From: Spongospora subterranea f. sp. subterranea | Taxonomy: Eukaryota | Length of the DNA: 64,000 nucleotides | Reading direction: 5' to 3' | NCBI GenBank assembly: GCA_049724395.1 | Contig: JAUGWO010000017.1 | Span: forward strand, 1 to 64,000 | Shown: positions 53,428-64,000 of the stretch, piece after piece | Layout: each line of letters opens with the position of its first letter | Position numbering within the stretch: the stretch's first letter is position 1 | Program-made: the position numbers and the translations under genes | The notes under the pieces: model-generated | Told to the model about the DNA's origin: nothing | What the model saw: only the letters and a program-made list of their open reading frames with translations | Databases searched by the model: none

Positions 53428-56147
53428 ATGCCCATCGTCAGCGTCGGACGCAATCAGCTCTTCCATGAGCTGGGCCGCTCGTTCAGTGAGTGAATCTGGT
53501 CCTGGGAATCGTTGGATTGTTCGCTAATTCAGCGATCAGCTCAGGAAGAGTTCGAGGATCTGTGCTTCAATTTTGGTATTGAGCTGGACGATGTGGTTAG
53601 TATATCGTTGGAAGATGTTATGTGTTGGTTGTCATTTCTGTAATTCGACAGACGTCCGAAGCCGAGATCGCCGAGAAGATGAAGGGGGCAACTGCTGCCC
53701 AAGGTCTATCAACAGAGATTATCTATAAGATTGATATTCCCGCTAATCGCTATGATTTACTGTGTATTGAGGGGCTTTCTCGTGCGCTCAAGGTCTCTTT
53801 TTCAAACTTTATCTATATCCCGTCTGTTTTCTGATTGCTTGTTGTCCCAGGTCTTCCTCTGTAGCGATGCTCCTCCATCCTATTCGGTCACCAATTCTCC
53901 ATCTGTATCGATCTCTGTCTCGACGGCCACGAAGTCGGTTCGTCCATTTCTGGTCGCTGCTGTTTTGAGGGGAATTCAGTTCACTCCCCAATCCTATCAG
54001 TCGTTCATCGACCTCCAGGTCTGTGGACAGCAAACACCATTTTGCGCTCAACATTCTGACTCGGTTGACACCTTACGATCAGGATAAACTCCACCAGAAC
54101 ATCTGCAGAGAGCGTAGTCTGGTGGCGATCGGAACCCATGATTTGGACACGATCAAGGCGCCATTTCGATATGATGCTCTCCCCGGAGATCAGATCAAAT
54201 TTCAAGCGCTGAAAGAGGACCAGGTCATGACCTGTCATCAACTCTTTCAACATTATAAGGAGAAACCTCAATGTGAAGTTCGTAAATACCTTCCGTTAAT
54301 CGAAAAATCTCCCGTCTATCCGGTAAATATCGTTCGAGTGTATATCATCGGATCTGATTGTGTCTGATTACCAGGTCATTTACGACGCGAATAACAATGT
54401 CCTTTCGGTTCCGCCGATCATCAACTCGCACTTGTCGCGAATTACCCTCAATACGACTAATGTGTTCATTGAGTGCACCGCCACCGATCTCACCAAAGCT
54501 CATATTGTCTTGAACACGATGGTGATCATGATTTTCTTCCGATGGCGTCATATCTCTGTTGCTCATAATTCCCAATCAGGTCTGTATGTTTTCCGAATAT
54601 ACATCGCCGACCCAATACCAGTGCGAGCCGGTCGATATTCGATATGACGGGGATAAAGACTCCAACTGCATTACTCCGGATCTATCAACGGTGCTGTCCC
54701 GGTTTCCTCGTTATCATTGTCGTCGCCCTGACGTTGTCCCCGATCAGGTTCACATGAAGACCACAGCTTCATACATCAATAAGGGGATCGGTATCGATAT
54801 TCCCGCTAGCGCTATGGTTTCCCTCCTCCAGCGTATGCAAATTAAGGTCGGTTCTCAGCCCAAATGTCCTCATAGATAGGGTAATTCACGTCTACGCTCA
54901 GGCCGAATTGACTGGTTCAGACGAAATATCTGTTTCAATCCCCCCAACCCGTTCCGATATTCTCCATCCATGTGATATTCTTGGTGAAACACTTGACCTA
55001 ATCCCGATTGGGTCGTCCATTCTGATATTGGTTTTCGTGAACATAGAGGACGTCGCCATCGCTTATGGGTTCAACAACATCGCTCGGACAATCCCGAAAT
55101 GCTACACCATGGCCAAACAGCAACCCATCGGCTCGTTATCCGATCATATTCGTGAAGGAGTCGCTCAAGCTGGATTCACCGAAGTATTTTGAGATTGTCG
55201 CCGTTGCTCGTCTGTTTTGCTTAGGGCATCGACAGGTTCTGACATGGGCCCTTATTTCCCGGGCAGAGACTTATGATTTCATGCTCCAACCCGACCAGAA
55301 TCAAGCCGTTATTATCGGAAATCCCAAAACTGCCGAGTTTCAGATGGTTCGTCTTTCGTTGATTCCTGGTACGTCCTTCACATGTATATAATTTACCTCG
55401 ATTCTCATTGTATTCGCTCAAGGTATCTTGAAGACGTTATCCTACAATCGGGCGTCAGTCCAGCTTCCGGTAAAGCTGTTCGAGCTGTCCGATGTCGCCA
55501 TGTGCGATGACAGCAATCCCGTTGGCGCTCGCAACGATCGCCGATTAAGTCGGGCCAACCGCCTGCAGTGGAATTCGTTCTCGCTCGATAATAATATCGA
55601 TTTAGGTGCTGTCTATTGTGCCCGATCGGCCGGGTTTGACGTTATTCATGGATTGCTTGATCGAATCATGACGTTGAACAGGGTTCGGCACAGCGACAGG
55701 TAAATATTGTCCGATATTCACACGAAATTCGTCGGATCATATGGTGTTTTTCGCAGCAAATGTGAGTCGTCGTCTGGAAAGGGCCCAATCGGTCATTATT
55801 GTATTCGTCGATCAAATAATCCATCCTTTCTACCCCATCTACGAGCCGATATAATGTTTCAAAGGAGTGACGCCAATAAGTATGTCGGATGCGTTTGTTT
55901 TTTCCTATTTCGTCGTGCAGTCTTCCTCGCTCGTGTTGGCTCATTCATTCATGTCGTTGTTTGTGGTTGTTCTGACGAAGTGATTGTGTGTTGTAGTGCG
56001 ATCTGTCTGGGATCAATGGGAGTTCTTCACCCACAGGTTCTTCATCACTTCTCATTGGATTCCCCCTGTTCCGCGTTAGAGATATCGATCGAGCCATTGC
56101 TGGAAGCTGGTCGCTTGTCACCCGTCCCTGTCGACTCTCGATCATAA
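53428..56147 (+). CDS. FARSB: Phenylalanyl-tRNA synthetase beta subunit, multi-exon
   Basis: [82 protein letters not shown]. Confidence 0.96.
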
Positions 56148-56425
56148 AATTGCCGATATATTTCCTTAAATCTCACTCCCACTCATTATCGCCTACCAAT
56201 CTTTCACATTTCTTTCATGATTTCATTCTCATGAACCTTTCGCCTTCGGATTCTACATGAGTTTGAAGCTGTTTCTTTTATCTTGCGTTTATTTCCCGCC
56301 CTTGTTATTATTGTCCCGCCGGCCTCTCTTTGACTGGGTATCGTGCTGGGTGTTGTCGCCATCTGGCACTGGCCCCCTGATTGTGACTTGACCAGGACGC
56401 GGTGCCAAACAGGGGATCACAGATC

Positions 56426-57759
56426 ATGGTCTCATTGCTATTGCTGGTGTTGCTGTTGGCGATAGCGGTGGACGGTGCCGTCCCCGTATGTCGCCATGTC
56501 ACCACGATGGTCGCCACATCCGACGATATCGTCATCACCCTATTGCCTTACGACACTCAAGGTCTCACCATCCTCAAGACCACGATCGAGACCCTTCCTG
56601 GTTCGGGCTCTCTATATCAACTTAGCCAGGTAAATTCCTGGTCGTTATCATCGACGTCCTTCTCGATTAAAATCCCCAGGTCTATGCCGATTTCGGCTAT
56701 GAACCGAAAGCAGATACGCTCATCGCAACGCCAATCACCGACGTCTATTCCTTAGCTGTGAACCGCATCCTTTTCCGCCCTCCTCTCGGGTTCACCAGGA
56801 CACGATTCACATATTCGGCCACGAACATCAATGGCAAATCCACAATATTCGGCAACGTCGACATCACGATTGACGGTGTCGCCGTATCTAGCGATTTTAT
56901 TCTTAACGATGAAGGATGGATCGTCTCATATGATTCCACATCATCCCCAATTTGGTCTTCCACTAGTATCGGTACCGAAACCCGCGATCCTGATTTTCCG
57001 TATTCGTGGTCGCTTAATTCAGATCTGTGTCTTTGTTTTGGGCAAATCCCCAATGTACAGGATCGCTCAATCGATATATCGCAGTGTCGTCAATCCCCTT
57101 TGTGGTTAATTCGGCGAATAAGGCCAGATGGTCTTTCCTAGCTCCGGCGAAATTCCTGTAGGCGCGTCCTTGCCCGTTGTGGCGAAAATCTAAAGAAATT
57201 GGTTGTTTGCGCTCTCAGGGGAAATTTTGCTCGAATTTATAATGGGTTCCTGGAGTTTGATCTGACCAGTTTCGCTGGCGATTTCACCTCCAATGTCGTT
57301 CCGAATCCGAAGACGTTCGTGGAGATCAGCTGTTCGACATGCGGCGGTGGAAGTGGGATCACATTAGCGCAAAGGAATATCACATATCTAGGCGATACAC
57401 GACATTTCAAGTTCACATTGAACGAACTGCCGATCAACGAATGGAAAAAGGATCCCCAGAACATGTTCCAAACGGTGAGCACTGTAATCGGATTGGGTTC
57501 GGGAATTGTGTTTCATTAAACTCGTTTACCTGTTCAGCAGTGGACGTCGCCGACCTACACCGAATTCTTCCAGGTTCTGTCGGCGATATCCAAGATCGCC
57601 ATCTATCCCGATATCACGACCGGACAGGAATCGGTCGGGGTCGATAATATCCGATTGGTCTATGGATCCCGTAAGGCGTTGCACCTTTTGTTAGTGGAAT
57701 TCCCCCGATCTGATTCTCGTCCGATTGTAGCCGACGTCAATATTCTCGCTTACCCTTAA
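56426..57759 (+). CDS. Secreted protein with Ig/cadherin-like region and laminin IV-A (laminin B)-like domain
   Basis: Signal peptide; LPGSGSLYQ...FTYSAT; SDF..NDEGW; WSFLAPAKFL|GNFARIYNGFLEF resembling the laminin-B motif. Confidence 0.65.
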
Positions 57760-57897
57760 TTGTTTTCAATAAACCCGATATTTTTATGGATTTGTGGCGA
57801 TTATCCGTCGTCAATGCAGATTCTCCGAAATCCGTTGAATAACCGCCGATTCAGACCCGGTTCTGTCTGGACCGGCTAAACCACCCGCGCTGTCGCC

Positions 57898-59200
57898 ATG
57901 ATCGCCAACTGGGCCCGAACCCTTCGCGACTACCTACTGAAAGGCGACGACCTGATCCTGGATCGCCCAGGTGACCGGTCGGAATACGCCATCATATCTG
58001 GCTCTCGATGGTCATTAACTCTGAACGAGGCGCGTTCCTGGTAATCGATTAGGATTTATTCCGTTTTCCTGGCTCTGATTGCGTGTTTTATTTTGGGAAA
58101 ACAGCGTTCGATCAATGATTTGGATGACGTATCGATCAGGGTTTCCACCAATCTCGTCATTCCATAGCGATAGCGGTTGGGGATGTATGATTAGAACAGG
58201 GCAGATGATGATGGCCAATACGATCAGGCGGATAGATCCCATGGTCAGGTTGGTGTCGTCCGTTCTGTGCTCTCCCCAGCCTCAATTAACCCGCGATCGC
58301 CTGACCCCGTTCGATATCCAGTGATCGATCGGTGATTGATTTGTTCCTGGACAGCCCGTCGCGTCCATTGTCGATCCACAATCTGGTTGGCGCTAGCGAC
58401 AGAGGTGGTCAGGCGGATGGGCATTGGTACGCCCCGATTGAGATCTGTCGTATGATCGAGACCTGTATCAATAACACCAGCGCCATCTCGATCACCTCTT
58501 TGCTCTGCGATCAGGGTCAGTAAATATCGCCGACCCCCAGAACCCGTCCGAAATTCCAACCCCATTTCTGATCAGGTGTTTTCTACGACGAGATCGTGTC
58601 CCATTGCACAGAGAAACCCGACTCGTGGGATCCCTGTCTGATTCTAATCCCTGTTCGCCTTGGACTCGATCAAATCAATCTCATATATTCCTCGTCGATC
58701 CTGGAGGCGTTATCTATACCTGAATCGGCTGGAATCATTGTAAGCGGGTTTCTGTATCAGGGTTGAAATCCCGTTTTGTGAACCACAGCCCGTTGCTGTT
58801 TTTGCTCAGGGCGGCAGACCTCGTTCGTCATTGTTCATAGTCGGCTGTTTTCGTCGGAAACTGATCTATCTGGATCCCCATTATGTTCAGGAATCAGTTC
58901 ATGATAAACCGCTTTCTGATCATGTCATTAGGTCTTTCATAGTCGATTTCATCTCATATCTAAACGATTCCTTAGGTGACGACCTATCATTGCGATCAGT
59001 TCCGATCGATATTCCCATCGGAATTGGACCCGTGTTTGGCGTTTGGATTCTATATCAGCAATCGGGCGTCGTTGGATGATTTCTGGAGCAAGGCGTTGGC
59101 GATATCTCATCCTATGTGGGATATGCAAATCGCCAGACCCAATTACACCTCGATCGATCAACGATCGATGCAGATCGAGGACGATTTCATTTTAATATAA
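57898..59200 (+). CDS. ATG4: Autophagy cysteine protease ATG4 (peptidase C54)
   Basis: WMTYRSGF...[22 protein letters not shown]...[15 protein letters not shown]-terminal LIR EDDFILI. Confidence 0.95.
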
Positions 59201-59221
59201 AGATGTTTATGAGGATGGAAA

Positions 59222-59486
59222 TCAACAGGGTGAGGCGACGTTGGGAAAACAACAACAACATGCGGTTAAGGCGGCACAGCAGGTTAGACGAGATGCACAA
59301 CAGCAGATTAGGTAAAGGGATAGGGCAATGGCGACCGCAATGATGATGACGGCTGTGAGGGAGAGGGAGGTCCCTAGAACACCCGGCGAGGTCGAGGAGG
59401 ATTCGGTGGAGGGGGGACTGAGGGAAGGCGGTGGAGATGCAGAGGATCAGGGTGAGCAGAGCGGGGGACGATATGTCGATAGCCAT
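59222..59486 (-). CDS. Small Cys-rich single-pass membrane protein interrupted by a 1-nt homopolymer frameshift
   Basis: Removing one C from the C6 run (59411-59416) gives an 87-aa signal peptide-S/T linker-TM-Cys-cluster protein. Confidence 0.6.
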
Positions 59487-60418
59487 GAATATAGAGACGA
59501 GAAGGGGGGATTGATAAAGTGAGTCAATATAGTGTGAATATTGGTGGGGAGGTGACGAGGACCACTGACACAATTAGATATCGATAGGAGGAAGGGATGA
59601 GAGAACGGGGATCCTCACACTAATTATAGAGGAACAGTCAACAGAATATCTCCAATGCCGACAATTGTAGGACCTAGTTATTGTTGACTTTACGAAATCG
59701 TGCAGGACGGAAAGGACGCTAAAACAAACAATAAACATCGGAGTTCCCTCACGATATCTGAATGTTGAATGGTCGCTACGTCTGTCTCTCATTGCTAATA
59801 CCATCAATCTGCACAGTTCAATCATAAATTTCAATCTCCTTCCGCGTCTTACAACATTATTTACCTTCATGTTGCGAGTCATCAACTGACTCTAGCCGCA
59901 CGCGGCAAGTTACCCTCTATCGACGCGACCTGACAGTTTTATCCATTTCAGAACACACTAAACGGTGGCGATTATTGAATATATCGATAGCCATATTCAC
60001 CATATTGAACTGCAGTCTCCCCCAAAAACTCTCGTTTACAATTCGTGATTGGCCACCTCGCCTTTTCAGTTTGAGACTCAATTAACGTGTCAGTAAACCA
60101 CATTCCTCATTCCAGCGCTCGAACTATCTCGAAGTTGATATCGCTGATGTTGATTATTATGATATTTTTTTGATAAATAATGGGAACAGTGATGCTGTCC
60201 AATCACGGTCAGTGAGCGGAATTATGATGATATCGCAATAATATCATGAAATTCATCGAATTATGAATTAGATCGGTATCCAAACGAGCCCAAAATGACA
60301 GACAAGACCAAATGGGACACCACTCGATTAAATACCGTAATAAACAACATGAACACGATCATGTTTTGAACACTATCGTTTACGAGTATTAAACACGATT
60401 GTGATTCACTTTACTATA

Positions 60419-62024
60419 ATGGTGAATATACTACTATGCCCTAACACGTTCAAGGGATCTCTGACCGGGGATCAGGCCAGTATCGCCATGAGCCATGGCT
60501 GCATGAAGGCGTTAGCAGGGCGCCCTGGCGACCGAGTCAGGACGATCGTGATGGGCGATGGCGGGGACGGTGAATAGAATTCGCCCGGCGATTATGGGCA
60601 GCGGTACTGACCGAGATCTGCCCAGGGAGTGGCGATATATTGGGTCGAGCATTACATGGCGAACCGGTCCATATTCAGGTGAGGTGTGTTAGTGTAGCGC
60701 CATGGTCATTGGTCGGACCCAACCCATTGATTATGTGCAGGCGAATAATGGGATTGGGCTCGTGTCTCCATCATCATATATATGGGCTCCAGACAGCTCT
60801 ACCGCCATTATAGAGATCGCTAAAGTAGCTGGCCTTGCCTCGCTCAACCGTATATCGCCATCTTCCTCACTGACTAATGACCAGCTGATATGACCCAATT
60901 AGGCACTGACCGAAACCCGATGAGAACGTCAACTTATGGTGTTGGGGAGGTATTAAGGGATGCCGTTGTCAAAGGCGCCACCAAAATAGTGATTTGCTGT
61001 GGCGGATCGTGCAGTAATGATGGTGGGATTGGAGTTGGAGCAGCTCTAGGTTTCAGGTTTCAGGATGAGAATGGGAACGAGGTCGAACCGGTCGGAGGAA
61101 ATCTCCACCGTATTCGGATTTTCAGGGAGCCGATCGATCCTGATAAGAGGTCGGCATTTGAGTCTGGCAGACGTTATCGTCATCTTATGGGGATTGACTT
61201 CAACAGGGAATTACTAAACCTGATTCGCAGGTTGAAGATAGTGGCTGCTGTCGACACTGATGCCACTTTCGTTGGTAATCATGGCGCTACCTTTACATTC
61301 GCCAAACAGAAAGGTGACCAGTGTCGACCTGGTTGGCGCTATTTCAATAGGCTGATCATGAATAACCAGGGGCGCGTCCTGAAGATTTGCCTGTCCTAGA
61401 GGAAGGCATGTGTAATATCCTATCATTATGGCGATCATCTGACCTATTCCCCGATAATCATCTTTACAATAGTAAAGGGGCAGGAGCTGCAGGAGGTGGC
61501 TATTCTGGACAGGGGTCACCGCTACAACCTGTTCTAAACGTCTTGGCCAGGTTTATCGGCTGGACTCATCGCCTTTTGTCACGCCCGTATTGAATCAGGG
61601 TTCGATATGATCTGCGGTCATGTCCATCTGAGAGAAGCTATATCGGAGGCGGATCTGGTGCTAACTGGTGAAGGGGCGGCTGATGCCACGTCTGGCAAGG
61701 TAAAGAAGGGAGAAGCCGATCATGGTCATGTTCTAACGCCTGTTGGTCCTGCAGGTGCCGTATGAGATAGCTAAACTCTGCCATCAATTTGGGGTTCATT
61801 GTGCAGTAATTACGGGGCAGATACCTGATCGTCGTCAACTTGATATATTGCTAGAGGGGGGAGCCAGCGCTGGAGTGTTTTCTATCGTCCCTGGCCCAAT
61901 CGATGTCGACCACGCCATTGAACATGCAAAAGAACTGTTAGAGCAATCGACAGAGAACGTCATCAGAGCGTTCATGGCTGGATACAACAAAAATTCACAA
62001 TTGCGACCGCAATTGTCTGATTGA
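60419..62024 (+). CDS. glxK: Glycerate kinase, GlxK/GarK (bacterial-type) family, multi-exon
   Basis: PNTFKGSL, MGDGGDG, IEIAKVAGL, STYGVGE, GGSCSNDGG.G...ALG, GAGAAGG, TGEG, GKVP. Confidence 0.92.
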
Positions 62025-62135
62025 ACAAGGAGTTGAATCATTGCGGTGCTCGACATGATTTTCAGTTCTTTATTTCCCTTTTGATGAGTAGTAAAATAAA
62101 ACAAAGCTGGTACTGAACTGAGTTCCAATGTCAGT

Positions 62136-63060
62136 GATAATATTACTGTAGATCTCAAATGATAATATTACTGTAGATCTCAAATGATAATATTACTGTA
62201 GATCTCAAATGATAATATTACTGTAGATCTCAAATGATAATATTACTGTAGATCTCAAATGATAATATTACTGTAGATCTCAAATGATAATATTACTGTA
62301 GATCTCAAATGATAATATTACTGTAGATCTCAAATGATAATATTACTGTAGATCTCAAATGATAATATTACTGTAGATCTCAAATGATAATATTACTGTA
62401 GATCTCAAATGATAATATTACTGTAGATCTCAAATGATAATATTACTGTAGATCTCAAATGATAATATTACTGTAGATCTCAAATGATAATATTACTGTA
62501 GATCTCAAATGATAATATTACTGTAGATCTCAAATGATAATATTACTGTAGATCTCAAATGATAATATTACTGTAGATCTCAAATGATAATATTGCTGTA
62601 GATCTCAAATGATAATATTACTGTAGATCTCAAATGATAATATTACTGTAGATCTCAAATGATAATATTACTGTAGATCTCAAATGATAATATTGCTGTA
62701 GATCTCAAATGATAATATTACTGTAGATCTCAAATGATAATATTACTGTAGATCTCAAATGATAATATTACTGTAGATCTCAAATGATAATATTACTGTA
62801 GATCTCAAATGATAATATTACTGTAGATCTCAAATGATAATATTACTGTAGATCTCAAATGATAATATTACTGTAGATCTCAAATGATAATATTACTGTA
62901 GATCTCAAATGATAATATTACTGTAGATCTCAAATGATAATATTACTGTAGATCTCAAATGATAATATTACTGTAGATCTCAAATGATAATATTACTGTA
63001 GATCTCAAATGATAATATTACTGTAGATCTCAAATGATAATATTGCTGTAGATCTCAAAT
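62136..63060. repeat. 25-bp minisatellite, 37 copies
   Basis: gataatattactgtagatctcaaat x37, with an A>G variant in three units. Confidence 0.97.
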
Positions 63061-64000
63061 ACCCACAGTAAACAATAGCCTTTGGACTCACAATTAATAA
63101 CGTCTTGATCTCTACTGTATCGGTCTCAGATTTTAGACTGTAGTAAACAACTTGATCAGTAATTTGTCGCAATATCAAAGCAGATATCTGAGCCCAATTC
63201 AAGAGTGAGTACGAAAAATAATCGAGTATTGCAAGTGAATATATCCAAGGTGCGCGTTGGGACAATCTGCACAATGTTTGTGATCCAACGAGTTCCCCAG
63301 CGAATCTCGAATGTTAACTGTCAAGGTGCTGTTGAGTGCTCGAGGGCAACTCCACGAGTTCGTTAAGGTTGAAGTAATAGCACACTAGAAAAGGCCTTCC
63401 CAGAACATTTCAGCATTGGCACTCTGAAAACATTTGCGATGAATCAACAAAAGTTTTTTCAGACAAGTATGAGTATTTTGTTGGCATGACATAGTGGGTC
63501 CGATGCACCAAACGGCAACAGTGATGATGATGATTAGATAACATCGGGAAAGTCGACGATCGAAAAGTTATTCAACTTGAACCGCAATATTGATGGACAT
63601 CCGAGACTGATGACTACCAAGTTCGGTCGGTGTCCTCCAGGGTTCTCAGCCTCTCCGCGTCGAAAGTTTGGCAGTGAAGCTGCAGGCGCTATTAACGAAG
63701 TTGTGACATGAAGACGACAGAAGAAGTTGTGAAGACGATGGCAGTGACTGGTATGGAATGGTATAGAAAAGCGGAAGAATTCTTGTGGTTTCGGGGAAAT
63801 TTGTGCTCGATTTCATCGCCCAGTGAGTGAGACGTTGAGCGACACGAATCTACTCATCAATACGATGAGCTATCATCCTGCACATTGGATATTGACACCT
63901 CAACAAATCGTGTGCTCCTCGTGTGCATTGATCCACTTCTTCTTTAGCGCAAACTCGATGGCAACACGGGTCAGATACGTGATCACATATTTGAACGGCC

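Noticed and set aside
59328..59522. Acidic plus-strand ORF
   Set aside because: Better explained as antisense to the Cys-rich membrane microprotein
62136..63060. CRISPR-like array
   Set aside because: Units are head-to-tail with no unique spacers, there are no cas genes and the context is eukaryotic
63061..64000. Possible hAT transposase remnant on the minus strand (IRWGTRW, CHANKILILV)
   Set aside because: Motif resemblance is too weak and the frames are full of stops; needs a translated search

Overview
Intron-containing, gene-dense eukaryotic DNA. The short GT-AG introns, moderate GC and Crinkler-like genes suggest a protist parasite, possibly a phytomyxid such as Spongospora or Plasmodiophora; this is inference and was not verified. 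1-4.75 kb: a Ty3/Gypsy LTR retrotransposon (pol, PPT, 3' LTR) nested in an older, rearranged Gypsy remnant. 5.9-29 kb: housekeeping genes (UBC7/UBE2G, PHD-TFIIS-SPOC protein, UTP6, GT25 glycosyltransferase, kinesin-14, proline dehydrogenase), a rearranged 2OG-Fe(II) oxygenase with a 138-bp inverted duplication, and a small membrane protein. 30-40.4 kb: the most notable region, three tandem Crinkler/RHS-type genes built as Cys/His-rich header exon + P-loop NTPase + variable restriction-endonuclease-like C-terminus. One copy is intact and two are disrupted; the middle copy is a mosaic of the other two. 41-62 kb: Ser/Thr kinase, DTD1, TFIIE-alpha, TRAP-beta, a Mutator-like remnant, a 115-bp tandem repeat, a hairpin, a secreted repeat protein, FARSB, a laminin-B-domain protein, ATG4, a hidden Cys-rich membrane microprotein and a bacterial-type glycerate kinase. 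The window ends with a 37 x 25-bp satellite and about 0.9 kb of unassigned sequence. Exon boundaries were read by eye and family calls come from recognised motifs; no database searches were run.
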